The notes below the pieces were generated by a model. The model worked only from the letters and a program-made list of their open reading frames with translations. It ran no database searches and was not told the DNA's origin. From Porphyridium purpureum (Eukaryota): DNA of 64,000 bases. Below are positions 42,156 through 52,874 of the stretch, one piece after another (the first letter of the stretch is position 1; each line of letters begins with the position of its first letter). Both the position numbers and the translations under genes were made by a program. Location of the stretch: NCBI GenBank assembly GCA_008690995.1, contig VRMN01000001.1, forward strand, positions 186,001 to 250,000, given 5' to 3'.

Positions 42156-42328
42156 GACGCGCTCGCGAGTGGAAGAGGGAACGTTTGGAAGAATGTCTTG
42201 CTCTGTTGGGGATATTAGATATCGTTTCTTTCCGATCTTCTTTGCAATCTCACGGTGACTATTTTATGATTTGACCTGCCAGCTCGGTTGGACCCCTGTT
42301 GAAGAAAAACAAGATTAAAGCCGTGTTC

Positions 42329-43195
42329 TTACTCCTGGACCGCCAGCCCAGCTGCCTGTACGAGTCTGGGTACTGTGTTATATGGCAATTCCGGCGTGTT
42401 CGCGCCCATGGGGCGCTTGTACGGCACCTCCTTGGGCGCCTTGGGCTTCCAGAACGCGCCCACCTTGGCAGCGACCACGTCGCCGCCCTCCACACCGTCC
42501 ATGTAGTCCATGGCGCCGATGGACTTGACAAACGGCTTGCCCGGGATCTCTGTCTGCGGCTGTCCGTCCCACGTGTAGCCCGAGATGGTGGCGATCTTTT
42601 CCTGGCCGGCCACGTTGGCCAGGCGCTGTCCCGATGCCGTCAGCAGCTGCGCCTCGCCCGAGTACAGACCATCGCGCAGGCTCGTGATGACACTGGCGGT
42701 AGCCGACTCGGCCTTGGTGATCATTGCGCCGCGCTCGGCCAGGACGGAACCTCGAAACTTGGCAAACGCCTCGTCCGCGACGGCCTCATCCGAAATGTCG
42801 GCGCAGGACGCGAGCGTCATGCTCTCATCGACGAACCCAGCGTCCCATCTCCACACCGCGCCGTCTGCCTCTGCGATCCGCGGGTCCACCATGGAGTCTG
42901 GCCCAAAGCCCAGCACCGGATCGTCGAGCTGCGGGATGCCAAACTCGGGCACGGCGACGGCGCCCTTTGCGGTCCTCCCCAGCACGGCGTCTCCTTCGGA
43001 CGCCGGCAGGACATTCCTGTTACCCCAGTCGGACCGCGAGCGCGCCTTGTCCACATAATACTGGTTCACGTGCCCCTTGGTCCTATCGGTCGAGTAGGAG
43101 TAGTCGCCGTACCCGCTCATTCGCAGCGCGCACAGCGGCGCCGACGCCTTTGCGCCCGCTGGCACTGCCACTCCCGCCCCGCTCACAAACGCCAT
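42329..43195 (-). CDS. LRC5: Nucleus-encoded phycobilisome rod-core linker, LRC5-like (288 aa)
   Basis: Red-algal transit peptide MAFVSG..LRM and strong codon bias. Sequence and length match my recollection of red-algal LRC5; not verified by search. Confidence 0.75.
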   Translation of the reverse strand: MAFVSGAGVAVPAGAKASAPLCALRMSGYGDYSYSTDRTKGHVNQYYVDKARSRSDWGNRNVLPASEGDAVLGRTAKGAVAVPEFGIPQLDDPVLGFGPDSMVDPRIAEADGAVWRWDAGFVDESMTLASCADISDEAVADEAFAKFRGSVLAERGAMITKAESATASVITSLRDGLYSGEAQLLTASGQRLANVAGQEKIATISGYTWDGQPQTEIPGKPFVKSIGAMDYMDGVEGGDVVAAKVGAFWKPKAPKEVPYKRPMGANTPELPYNTVPRLVQAAGLAVQE

Positions 43196-43450
43196 CTCGC
43201 CGCCTCCGCACTCCCCGCTCCACACCACACCACTCGGTCCACTGTCAAAGACCTCAGCTCTCTTCTCTTCTCTTCCCTCAACCCTTTCACCCGCCCATCT
43301 TCCGCTCTTGCCGCCTCATCCACAAAGTGGCCAGGGACCCGCATGTTCCTATCAAAACAGCAGCGTTTTACTAGGACCGCCATCCCCACCCTGCATCATC
43401 GGCCGAATCTCCTCCCCCGCCTGCTCCCCAGCGCGCGCGGAGGTGCAACA

Positions 43451-43534
43451 CAACAGAACACCCGAAGTACAGCGCACTGCAACAGAACACCCAAGGTACA
43501 GCGCACACATCACAGCAGAACATGTAAGGTACAG
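43451..43534 (+). repeat. Three copies of a unit of about 27 bp, CAACAGAACACCC(G/A)A(A/G)GTACAGCGCAC, upstream of the linker gene
   Basis: Copies at 43451, 43480 and 43513 (degenerate). Confidence 0.8.
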
Positions 43535-44749
43535 TCCGGTCACTGTACACTGCTGGTGGGTGAGTTGCGGTTGCCAGACTGGGTGGGGCGGGGTGTGGGT
43601 GGGAAGTGGTGGTCGTGCGGTTGGTGTGAGGGACGAGGCAGAGGTTTGGGCGTGGACGTGGCGCGGCGGTCGGTCTCTTGTGTCGAAGCGGCCACTCCAA
43701 TGGATACGATGGTTCTTCAATGGCGCCGAGTACAAATCGTCGAAAGTGTAGTCTCTGCCGAATGGCGGTCTGGCGTCGGTTGGACAAGCGCGTCGTCAGC
43801 CGGTCCCTTTTTGTTTTTGCACAACTCGAGGCCGGCGCTTGTTCCTGTCGCGCGTCGTGTGTGTGGATATCCACAGCGACACTGCGAGGAGCAAGCCAGG
43901 CGCGTGGATGTCTGGCAGACGCGTACGAGAACGCAACACGAAAGATCGGAGCAAACGCGCGCGCGTGCGTGTGATTGCTGGAGCGTACGAAGCCTGCTTG
44001 TGTCGTGTCTGGGACTCAACGGTCGCACCAGTGTCTTGCGCTCGCCAGGTGGCTTCCCACGAGCGGCCATTCTGCCACAACACGCCCACCAAACCTACCG
44101 GAAACCCAATAACCGTTTAGTCGTTTAGTCGGTAACCGTCCGAGAAGAACGCGGGTCGGTTCGGTTCGCTGGTTCCAGCCGCGTGACGGCATGACGAGAC
44201 GCGCGTTGTTGCGAGAGCGTGAGCAAGTGCCAGCGTGGGCGTGACGCGCCGCGGCAGCGAGCATTGTGCGCGCGTCGGCGGATGATGAGAGCCCGCATCC
44301 TCCGCCGGTCGAACGCTGCTGCCGCCGCCGCCGCGCGATGCCACGCCATCGTGCCTGACCACTACTCGATGCGTGCGCCGACAAGAAGGGGCGAGGCGAG
44401 CACGTGCGTGGCGCCGGGAGTTGAGCGCGATGTTGACCCGCTTTGTGTGCGCCGTGTGATGGTGTGTGACAGCGCGCGTTCGTGCGTGGGATCGGAGCGC
44501 CGCGTGCTGGCGGAGAGGGACGGAGAGAAAAAAAGAAGCGCGTAGAAAGAGGAATAGGGACGCCGCGCTATCGTGACGCGAGATGGGTGGGCGTGCGATG
44601 CGCATGACTTGCTGGAGGCATCACGCGGTGGTCAGACGGGGAGAGGGAGCAGAGAGGAGCTGCATGGTGTGTGGGTGGGTGTGCGGGCTGGAGGTGGTCA
44701 CCGTGGTGATTGGACGGTGCGGCTGCTGTTGAGACACGGTGGATGAAGC

Positions 44750-46216
44750 ATGCGGAACACGCGACAGGGCGGCGTGATGGTGGTGGTCGCGCTGGTGGGC
44801 GTGGCGTGGTTGGGTTGCGTGCTGTGGTGTAGAGGGGTGATGGCAGTTGGGCGTGACGGACAGGATGAGCAGGGCCTTGGGCAGGCTGGTGTGTTGCGTC
44901 CTGCAGCGGAGAGTCGCGCGCGCGTGCGACAGCTCGCCGCGCGCGTGGTGTTTGAGTACGGGCGTCCGCTTGAGGATGCGCGCGTGATAGACGAGCACGA
45001 GCCGCACCGGTCGCGCATGGAGGCAAAGTTTGACTCCCGCGTGCGGATGCTGCAACGGTCGCGTGCACGCGACGCCCTGCCAGACGCCGCGCGCTCGCAA
45101 TCGATTTTGGCGTCGCAGCGACAATCACAGGCCGAGACAGTGCAGGGCTCAGCGTCCGTGTTCCAGATTGCCTTCGCCGGCAGCGTGCCGAGCGACGCGC
45201 GCAACGCACTGCGTGAGGCGGTTCAGGCATGGGCCGACGTCTGGCCAGCGACAGACGGAGTCACGCTGCGCATAGAAATCGATTGGACCGTGTTGCCGAC
45301 CGGTGTGCTGGCCGCTGCGGGCTCGGTGCGCTTCGTGCCGGGCGACGGCGACCCGCTGCAGGACAACACAGCCTACTCCATTGCCATGGCGCGGTCCATC
45401 ACAGGAGATGATTTTGGACTCAGCAGCTCGCTTCCAGATGTATCCATAGCCTTTAATTCTAGAATCAACTGGAACACAGACACCTCGCGCGCGCCATCAG
45501 CCTTCGAGTATGACCTCGAGACCGTCATGCTGCATGAGCTCGCACACGGGCTCTTTATGGACGGTGCGGTGCAGCTCGACCCGCGCTCCAACGTGGTGGC
45601 GTTCGGCCGACTCGGCACACCCGCGCGCTACGATAATTTTCTCGGCGTGTTTACGGGCACAAACGAACCAGAGTCCTGCGAAAACGGCTCGACCACGGTC
45701 CCGGCGGACGCCATAACGAGTGATCGGCTGTTTTTTATGAGTAGCAACAGGTTTGGAGGTGGCAACTTTTCGCTGTACGCGCCTTCCACGTATCAGCCTG
45801 GCTCATCTGTGTACCACTTTGCGGAGGATGAGCGCGTGGTGCTGTCCGACTGCGAGGGCGCGGGCATTCCGAAGGAGAGCTGCTCAGACCTGATGACGCC
45901 TGCGCTCCCGCCGGGCTACATTCAACATGCCATCGGAAGAAACACGTTGCGCTTGATGAACTCGATGATCTCGACTGCCAACGCAACGGGCAACGGATTC
46001 TGTTTTGTGCCCGGTGGCGGATCCTCAGACTCGGATGATTCGCAAGCCACGCGCATCATTTTCATCTCGGCGGCCGCATTGGCTGGCGTGGTGGTTCTGC
46101 TCGTCGGCGCGCTTCTAATCAGGGGCCATGTGCAGAGAAAACGTGCGAAGGCCGAGCAAGATGAGCAGGAGCGTCACCGCGAAGCTGCGATGTACGCCGC
46201 AGGAGCTATAATCTGA
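44750..46216 (+). CDS. Membrane-anchored zinc metalloprotease (HExxH)
   Basis: Signal peptide, VMLHELAHGL, LYAP..PGSSVYH, DLMTP (Met-turn-like) and a C-terminal TM helix with a basic tail. Start codon uncertain. Confidence 0.8.
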   Translation: MRNTRQGGVMVVVALVGVAWLGCVLWCRGVMAVGRDGQDEQGLGQAGVLRPAAESRARVRQLAARVVFEYGRPLEDARVIDEHEPHRSRMEAKFDSRVRMLQRSRARDALPDAARSQSILASQRQSQAETVQGSASVFQIAFAGSVPSDARNALREAVQAWADVWPATDGVTLRIEIDWTVLPTGVLAAAGSVRFVPGDGDPLQDNTAYSIAMARSITGDDFGLSSSLPDVSIAFNSRINWNTDTSRAPSAFEYDLETVMLHELAHGLFMDGAVQLDPRSNVVAFGRLGTPARYDNFLGVFTGTNEPESCENGSTTVPADAITSDRLFFMSSNRFGGGNFSLYAPSTYQPGSSVYHFAEDERVVLSDCEGAGIPKESCSDLMTPALPPGYIQHAIGRNTLRLMNSMISTANATGNGFCFVPGGGSSDSDDSQATRIIFISAAALAGVVVLLVGALLIRGHVQRKRAKAEQDEQERHREAAMYAAGAII

Positions 46217-46698
46217 GCGTAAAATGTAATAACGTGGGGTTTACAGCCTCATACGCGAGCATCGACACGCGTCCAGACACTGTCAGCTCATTTCCCTCCC
46301 GCTGTCGTACGCGCTCCAAGCACGCGCCGGCTTTCTTGATGATGTCATCAGCCTGTCCTTTCGACCTTATAAATAGCTTCATGTACTATAAAGTGAGATG
46401 TCCAGCTTCTGGCGCACGCATCCCGTCCCGTCCCGTCCCGTGAGCCAGCCGCCGTCGGCCGCGCGACGCGTGCCATCATCTTCGGCCACCTCTGCATGCA
46501 CCGCCCTGTTCCCCGTCAAGAAATCCTTCCCTTTTTCTTTCGTGCGGTTGTCGTGATGCTCTGGCGGAGCACGTGGGATCACGGAGAGAACCAACTGCTG
46601 GGGCTTCACCTGTGACTCTGTCGCGGTCGCGGTCGCTGACTCTATCACGGTCGCTGTTGCCGTCGCTGCGTGGCCGCGCGAATGAGCGTGCAGGGAGG

Positions 46699-49600
46699 AT
46701 GGAAGGTTTGAAGGTGCAAGACAGCGACGTGCTGAACTTGACGGTGGTCGGTGACGGGCGCGGGAAGCAGGACGCTGCCGCCACTGCGAATGGAAAGGAG
46801 GAGGAATGGGAGGCGCTCGTCCGCGCGCCCGAACGCGATCTCCGCTCGATTGACACGCCCTTCCGACTGGATCAATCCGGCCTGCGGATGTACTATGGCG
46901 GAGCGCCGTTTGTTGGGGCGACATGGTTTGGGCCAAACGCCTTCTTGGTCGAAACGCTGAGCCGTAAGAAGCGAGGTTTCCAGATGAATGACCAGCGCGC
47001 GCGCGCGGGCGGGTTTCCGCAGGATCCAGCCGAGTTGGTTTTTGAGCTGCAAAGATTGATGCATCAAGATGACCAGAAACAGCTGCCATTGCGCAAAATC
47101 TTGCGCGTGCTGCGCTCGTTGACATATTACACGCCGCACTCCTACGTGCCACTCATGCCCGAGTTTCGCGTGCTGCTCGCAGTGGACCATCCGCACGTGG
47201 CGCGGCTCGCGCACTACTTTGTGCGCTGCTGTGCTCCGATTGAAGATGACGACGAGTATCGCGATATATATGAGGCACTCGAGGCCGAGGCGGCGTCGCC
47301 GTCCCCTGCGCGACGCGCCGCTGCGACAAAGTCGCTGGCGCGCATCACCAAGGCACGGGAGATGCGGCGCGCACAGGACTACATCACAGATGTGCTGCGA
47401 AGCGTCGGCGCCGCACTAACGGAAGAGGACAAGAAGAAGAAAAAGAAGAAGGAGAAAAGGCGAAAGAAAAAAGGGGGTGAGGATGCGGAGCAAGAAGCCG
47501 CGACCAAAGCAGCAAACGACACGGACGGTCAGGATGCCGCCTACGAAGGGGCGCGTATGATAGATGATGGCGCTGGAGGAGTGATCTACTCGAGCCGAAT
47601 GGAGGAAGCGCAAAAGGTCAAGTCCAAGCTTGGCAAAATGCTGGTGGGTCACGCAGTGCTGGGTGGGATGCGCAGGCTGCAGCGCGTCAACGTAGAGAAT
47701 ATTCGTGTGGAGGTATACTTCTTTGATCTGGGGCTCGCTTCAGTGTGCACCTCGACAGTTCGCCATGCCATGGCCATGCTCGAGGCTCGCACGTACGGCA
47801 GCGCCACTCCCGTCGCGCAGTACTTATTGCCGCGCCTCCCCCACAAGAACCCGCCAAAGAACTTGCGTCTCAAGCTTGAAGATTTGGGCGCCAAAGTGTA
47901 CTATGCGCGCATTCTCGGTATCCTGGCTCAGGATCCAGACTTCGCGCAGTATGTACCCGAAAAGAATGCGCTTCAGTGGCGGAAGGAGCAGCAGAGCTCG
48001 ATGATAGAGAAGGCTGCGCCGAGCAGCGCCATGGATGCAGCCGGCAGCAGTAACGCCGGTGACGGTACCGATACAGGCCCGGCGGCCAAACCAGAGAAGC
48101 GTGGCTTTTTCCGCTTCATCTTTAATGGTGGCAAGAAGCTTTTTGGGGGCATTCGCCGGAAACTGGGCCTGGAAAAGCGAATGCGCCCAAACGACCCGCT
48201 TGGAGTGGAGTTTGTGGAAGCATTGCTGCGATTGATTCAGAACCCGAGCAATCGTGTGCTTCTCGAGGTGGTACGCGGAGTCTCCCGGCGGCGATGGATT
48301 ACGTGGGCGAACGTGCCCGTACCACAGGCCGCTCTATTTGGATCGGCCGAACTTGAAGAGCCTCGGCAGCTTGACCTGAGTGAGTGGGCAAAGGAGGACG
48401 AGAACGAGAATGAAGTGAGCAGCAACGACGACGAGGACGGCATGGCAGCAGACAACATGGACGACGCCGACTTTTTTGATTGGGATCCCGACGCTGCCGC
48501 CGCAGAGGGTGGTAACCAGACGCAGCTGCTGGAGGATGAGGACGTCGTCGAGCAGGTCGAAATTCAGGTTGACGAACAGGTTGTCCGCGAAAACACGAAG
48601 AAGACGACATTTATTCAGCGCATGAAGGAGAAGCGCGCCACGAACCGTCAGAAGAAGTTTGACCTCAACACGCCGTTCTACCTGCGCCGCGTGGGCGAAG
48701 GTTCCGTCACTGCGCTCGAGGCGATCATGCGCCGCGTTTACGCAGCGATGAATAGTGACGAGACTACGCGCCGTCTCGCTGCGGCTGAGTCGGCAGTGCA
48801 CCTTGGGCGCGCTAAGCTCTACTCGGATACCGAAGAGGAGCGCGAGCTGTACAAACTCGCGAAAGAGAAAATCTTCAGTCAGGAGTCGAAAAAGACCGGG
48901 AATCGCCACGTTTTGGATGGGTCAGGCAACGCGTCAGCACAGCAGCAGCAGCAGCAGCAATCGACGCGTGCAGGTTTATTTGGACGCAGAAAAAGCGGCG
49001 CGCCGGCGTCCAGCATGGTGGCCGCGGCGGCTCAGAATATGATGGTACAGCAGCAAGAACAGGCTAAATTGGCGAACGGCGGCAAAGCGCAGCCAAAGGC
49101 TATCACGTCTGGCGCGCGCTTTGCTGGCCAGCAAGCGCTGGTCCCGGTGACTGTTCCGGACGGCGGTTCGGATCCGAATGGCGGGCTAGCTCTCGCAATT
49201 GCGAGCGTCGGAGTGGGTGGCACGGGTGCAGGAAACCTAAAGCCAGCGAGCGAGCTTGAGGATAGCCCTCTGGAGCCGCTGGTGATGCCGCTCAAAGATC
49301 TAATGGATGAGGACGTGAGCTTGGCTGTGCGCTCCGAGGCAGGCACTGCGCTCATGTTCTTTCTGGCGTCCGGTGCAGGCATCAAGGCCTTTGCCGCCCT
49401 GGCAGCTGCCGAGCGCGAGCGACGCTGGAACGATCCGGATGCGTTCGGCAAGGAAACGCTTGATGACTTTTACTCACCACCCGGCGAGCGCGTTGACTCG
49501 TGCATGCTGGTTCGCTACTTTGGTGCCTACCTGAGAGACCCCGCGCACGGTGCCGGCATTGGGTTTGAGAGCGCTGAGCGTGTGATGGACACATTGCTCT

Positions 49601-50592
49601 ACGAGATTCTGGAAGAGTCACCGTGGTTGGGCGTGGACGCTGTTGAGCTCGCTGAGTACTGGGCCATGAAGCATCCAAATGCCGGGCCTGTGGGCAAGCT
49701 TGGCCTGTTTTGGGAGGCACTTCTTTCTGTGGGCTCACAGGAGGCGGGCATCGCCGTGGGCGCATCAGTAACACGATGCTTACTTGTCGACCCTTCGCGC
49801 GAGCGCGTCGCGTGCGCGGCCGCGGTGTTTCTGCGCCGGCGCATCCTTGACATTGCCGTCTTGTCCGCGGGCTACGTGGACCGGCTGGGCTCTGGCATTC
49901 CCGAACCACTTCCGGAAGAAATCGGGGAGGAGATTGAGCGTTATTTTAGCGCGCTGTGGCACGGCGTCGTGCTCGGACCGTCGGCCGAGGCGCGCGCTTT
50001 ATGCGTTCAAGCGCTGGGTGGGGGCGCCGTTCTTGCTGGTGATCCTTTCCGCATTGCTACGTATGAGCGACTGACCGAGCTCGTGCGTGCGCGTGGATAC
50101 GGGTTGCGTCTCAGCGCAGAGACAGTCTTGGACAGCCTCGACACCATGTACTACACGCGCGAGCGTCTTGCCGAGGCGCGCGTCAAAATGATGCAGATGG
50201 GCCACGCTAGCAACTATTCCAAGTGGCTGAAAGGAGTTTGGAAGCTCGCCGCAGAGTCTGCATGCGCGGCGCAAGTCATCCTGGGGTGCCCGCCGCCGCC
50301 AGGCTGGGAGCCGCTAGGCCCTGAGGGCAGCCAGGTGGTTGCCGAGTCCGAAGCCAAGCATGGCAACTACCGGCTGCGCGAAGTGCGCGTTGCGAACGAG
50401 AACATAGACGAAATCTATGACGGTCCTAGTGGAGGTATGAACGGCGCAGATGGCTGGGCCAATCGCCTTGCAGCAGGCGCTGCTCCGCCGCCGCCAATGC
50501 TGCGTCTGCGCGACGGACCTCACGGCTATGCCGCAGAGCAGCAACCACAACAACAATCCATCCAAGGGCTCCAACTGAACCTCCCGCACTGA
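46699..50592 (+). CDS. TSET/TPLATE complex large subunit, TSAUCER/TASH3-like helical solenoid without SH3 (1297 aa)
   Basis: Collinear similarity to remembered plant TASH3 blocks: NPSNRVLLE (DPSDRVCFE), IMRR, AAAVFL, R..CVQAL....GDPFRIATYERL (GEPFRLQIYEFL), GL....VLDSLDTMY and WEPLGP. Confidence 0.75.
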   Translation: MEGLKVQDSDVLNLTVVGDGRGKQDAAATANGKEEEWEALVRAPERDLRSIDTPFRLDQSGLRMYYGGAPFVGATWFGPNAFLVETLSRKKRGFQMNDQRARAGGFPQDPAELVFELQRLMHQDDQKQLPLRKILRVLRSLTYYTPHSYVPLMPEFRVLLAVDHPHVARLAHYFVRCCAPIEDDDEYRDIYEALEAEAASPSPARRAAATKSLARITKAREMRRAQDYITDVLRSVGAALTEEDKKKKKKKEKRRKKKGGEDAEQEAATKAANDTDGQDAAYEGARMIDDGAGGVIYSSRMEEAQKVKSKLGKMLVGHAVLGGMRRLQRVNVENIRVEVYFFDLGLASVCTSTVRHAMAMLEARTYGSATPVAQYLLPRLPHKNPPKNLRLKLEDLGAKVYYARILGILAQDPDFAQYVPEKNALQWRKEQQSSMIEKAAPSSAMDAAGSSNAGDGTDTGPAAKPEKRGFFRFIFNGGKKLFGGIRRKLGLEKRMRPNDPLGVEFVEALLRLIQNPSNRVLLEVVRGVSRRRWITWANVPVPQAALFGSAELEEPRQLDLSEWAKEDENENEVSSNDDEDGMAADNMDDADFFDWDPDAAAAEGGNQTQLLEDEDVVEQVEIQVDEQVVRENTKKTTFIQRMKEKRATNRQKKFDLNTPFYLRRVGEGSVTALEAIMRRVYAAMNSDETTRRLAAAESAVHLGRAKLYSDTEEERELYKLAKEKIFSQESKKTGNRHVLDGSGNASAQQQQQQQSTRAGLFGRRKSGAPASSMVAAAAQNMMVQQQEQAKLANGGKAQPKAITSGARFAGQQALVPVTVPDGGSDPNGGLALAIASVGVGGTGAGNLKPASELEDSPLEPLVMPLKDLMDEDVSLAVRSEAGTALMFFLASGAGIKAFAALAAAERERRWNDPDAFGKETLDDFYSPPGERVDSCMLVRYFGAYLRDPAHGAGIGFESAERVMDTLLYEILEESPWLGVDAVELAEYWAMKHPNAGPVGKLGLFWEALLSVGSQEAGIAVGASVTRCLLVDPSRERVACAAAVFLRRRILDIAVLSAGYVDRLGSGIPEPLPEEIGEEIERYFSALWHGVVLGPSAEARALCVQALGGGAVLAGDPFRIATYERLTELVRARGYGLRLSAETVLDSLDTMYYTRERLAEARVKMMQMGHASNYSKWLKGVWKLAAESACAAQVILGCPPPPGWEPLGPEGSQVVAESEAKHGNYRLREVRVANENIDEIYDGPSGGMNGADGWANRLAAGAAPPPPMLRLRDGPHGYAAEQQPQQQSIQGLQLNLPH

Positions 50593-51229
50593 ACTGTACT
50601 TTTTGTCATCAAAACGGGCGCGTTTTGATATGAACCACGCGGCTTATCGGTTCAAGTGCGCACGTTGGCGGCAATTGAGCGGGGGTGTGTTGCAGCTGTC
50701 GACACGGGTCGAACCTTGCCAACTGCCAACGCATCCAAAGACTATTCCGGAATCGGGACTCGCATCGCGTGGCCGACATCATCGAGATGCTTGCTTCTTG
50801 GATGGGCCCACCGGCCTGCTCGCGGTGTCATTGGCGCAGTTGCCAAAGTGTAGAGAAAGGGCACAAACAGGGGCTGACCGCGGATCATTCTCATGAGCTC
50901 GTGGCAACACAGACTACTTAATCTGTGTCTGGCTCTTTCAGTTTCGCCACTGCGCTGATCAGAATTGAGCAGGGGAGCCATTGCTGTCGTTCTGTATTGC
51001 AGCTGTTTGAGTGCGTGTCTGCTTGGCGTTCCCCTCCTTGCATCCTTGCACGAGATTGCTTTGTTCGTGTGTTTATGTGTACGTATGTGTGTCGGTGCGC
51101 GTGAGTGTCAGTCGATAGTGCGTTCGCAAACAGGCAGCGCGCAGGAGATCCAGCCGGTAGAAACCTCGATTCATTGCGATACGGTATTGTCCTGAACGGG
51201 CGCCAGGCAAAGCGATCGAGAATTGTAGT

Positions 51230-52570
51230 ATGATATCCAGCGTGTTTGGGCGAGAGCCCGCTGCGGCACATGCGAAAAAAGACATGCTTCTTTCGATGTG
51301 GAGCCTGTGGGAAAGCGCAACAAAGGCCACGCACCAAATAGCGAGCATGGATTCCAAGAAAGCGCGCAATGCACTGTACGGCTGGTCGCGCGCCGGTGTC
51401 CATCCGGCCAACTCGTTGTCTGTCCAGCGCAGTTTTGCCATGTTACTCCTCATGGTTTCTGTAGTGGCCATGATCACTGTGCTAGTGTCACGGCTTGGTA
51501 GCTTGCGTTCCAAGACTCCTTCGTGGTGCATGTCAAAGCGCCGTTGGATGCGCGCTGCGCTCTGGTTTGACTTGAGCTTTTACCTCTTTCTGGCTGCCAC
51601 CACCTTCGTACACGAAGCAGACTACTGGACATATGTTCACGCCAAATTCCCCGCGATCTTTGAAAGCCTGCACATCGCATTGGCAGTGCGCGCTCTTGTC
51701 ATTTCGTTACTGATTCTGGAGTGCCTTTTCGAATCGACCACGTCGGCCGAGAAGTATGCTTACTTTTTCGTGTTCGGTCTGTACGTGGTGGTGAACGGAT
51801 TGTACCTGTGCCTAGTGCTTCCGTCGCTGCTGGACGCGCGCGTGAACGCGCTCATCCCGCTTGGCCAGTCGCTTCGAAGTGCGCTCGGCATTCTATTGTG
51901 TATTATGTATCTTGCCGAGTTAAACGAGGAAGGATTGCGTGAGGGAGGGGTGTTCAAAGTATGGTCCTCATGGGAGCCCAACGGAGTGCCATGGCAGGCA
52001 TGTGACATTGTGTACGATGATCTCGAGAAGGGATACGGTTTCTCTTCCGCGTGTGGCGAGGCTGGCGCGCGGAACGACAGCCGTCTTCTTGTGTCGTGCA
52101 GTGATGATGCGTATTCCGATATGATTGAAACATTCGAGCGCCTTCCGGAGCGCGTCGAAATCGCGAGCCGGCGCAACGTGGGCTTGGAATTTCAGACAGA
52201 TGGCAGCGGCGCGTCCGCACGTGCAAGCCGAACGAGAGAGCACCATCGGCCTGCCAAAGGGGCATGCTCGCGACAGCAAGAGCTGGAGTCGCGGCGTCTG
52301 TTAAGCAGCCGCGCTACAAGACAGGGCGGGCCGAGTCCTGGGCGCCAATTAGTAACCACATCGGCGTCCTTGCTGGCCGAGCACGGCAGCGAGCACGATG
52401 GCGCGTCATCCGTTGCTGCATCATCGCCGCGCACGCGCCGGTGCATTGACTCGCTGCACGAAAGCGTCGAGGCCATGGCGTGCAGCGCAGGGCATCGAAA
52501 GTACTACTGCCGGCCTTCTGCCGACGCCGCAGGCACCGCAGACGCGCAGGCGCGCATCAGCCTGGTGTAG
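51230..52570 (+). CDS. Multi-pass membrane protein of unknown function (start uncertain)
   Basis: About five hydrophobic helices followed by a Ser/Arg-rich cytosolic tail. Confidence 0.65.
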   Translation: MISSVFGREPAAAHAKKDMLLSMWSLWESATKATHQIASMDSKKARNALYGWSRAGVHPANSLSVQRSFAMLLLMVSVVAMITVLVSRLGSLRSKTPSWCMSKRRWMRAALWFDLSFYLFLAATTFVHEADYWTYVHAKFPAIFESLHIALAVRALVISLLILECLFESTTSAEKYAYFFVFGLYVVVNGLYLCLVLPSLLDARVNALIPLGQSLRSALGILLCIMYLAELNEEGLREGGVFKVWSSWEPNGVPWQACDIVYDDLEKGYGFSSACGEAGARNDSRLLVSCSDDAYSDMIETFERLPERVEIASRRNVGLEFQTDGSGASARASRTREHHRPAKGACSRQQELESRRLLSSRATRQGGPSPGRQLVTTSASLLAEHGSEHDGASSVAASSPRTRRCIDSLHESVEAMACSAGHRKYYCRPSADAAGTADAQARISLV

Positions 52571-52874
52571 CGAAAACGCACGCGCCGATGCCCGCCTGCG
52601 TTTGAGCAGAGGTACAGTTATGACGCTCGCTCCTTGCGCGCCGTTTCTTATTAAAATGGACGCTTTTTATATGAATACAGAAACCCTAAGTTTGCGTTTT
52701 GTGTACAGTTTGACGCGCGCGATTCTGCAGGACGAACGCGGGCGACGAACAGGCAGCGTGCGGTAGGTCAAGGACGACCCGGAACGAACGAACGAGCAGG
52801 CAAGCAGGCAAGCAAAAGCGCCGCATCAAGTGGCCAGCTCGTAACACGAATCTCTGCTTGTCGAGCGCGTCGCA

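Noticed and set aside
42299..44128. 609-aa plus-strand ORF
   Set aside because: Antisense to the strongly codon-biased linker gene and runs through its promoter. It has a non-ATG start and an Arg/Ser-rich, non-protein-like composition.
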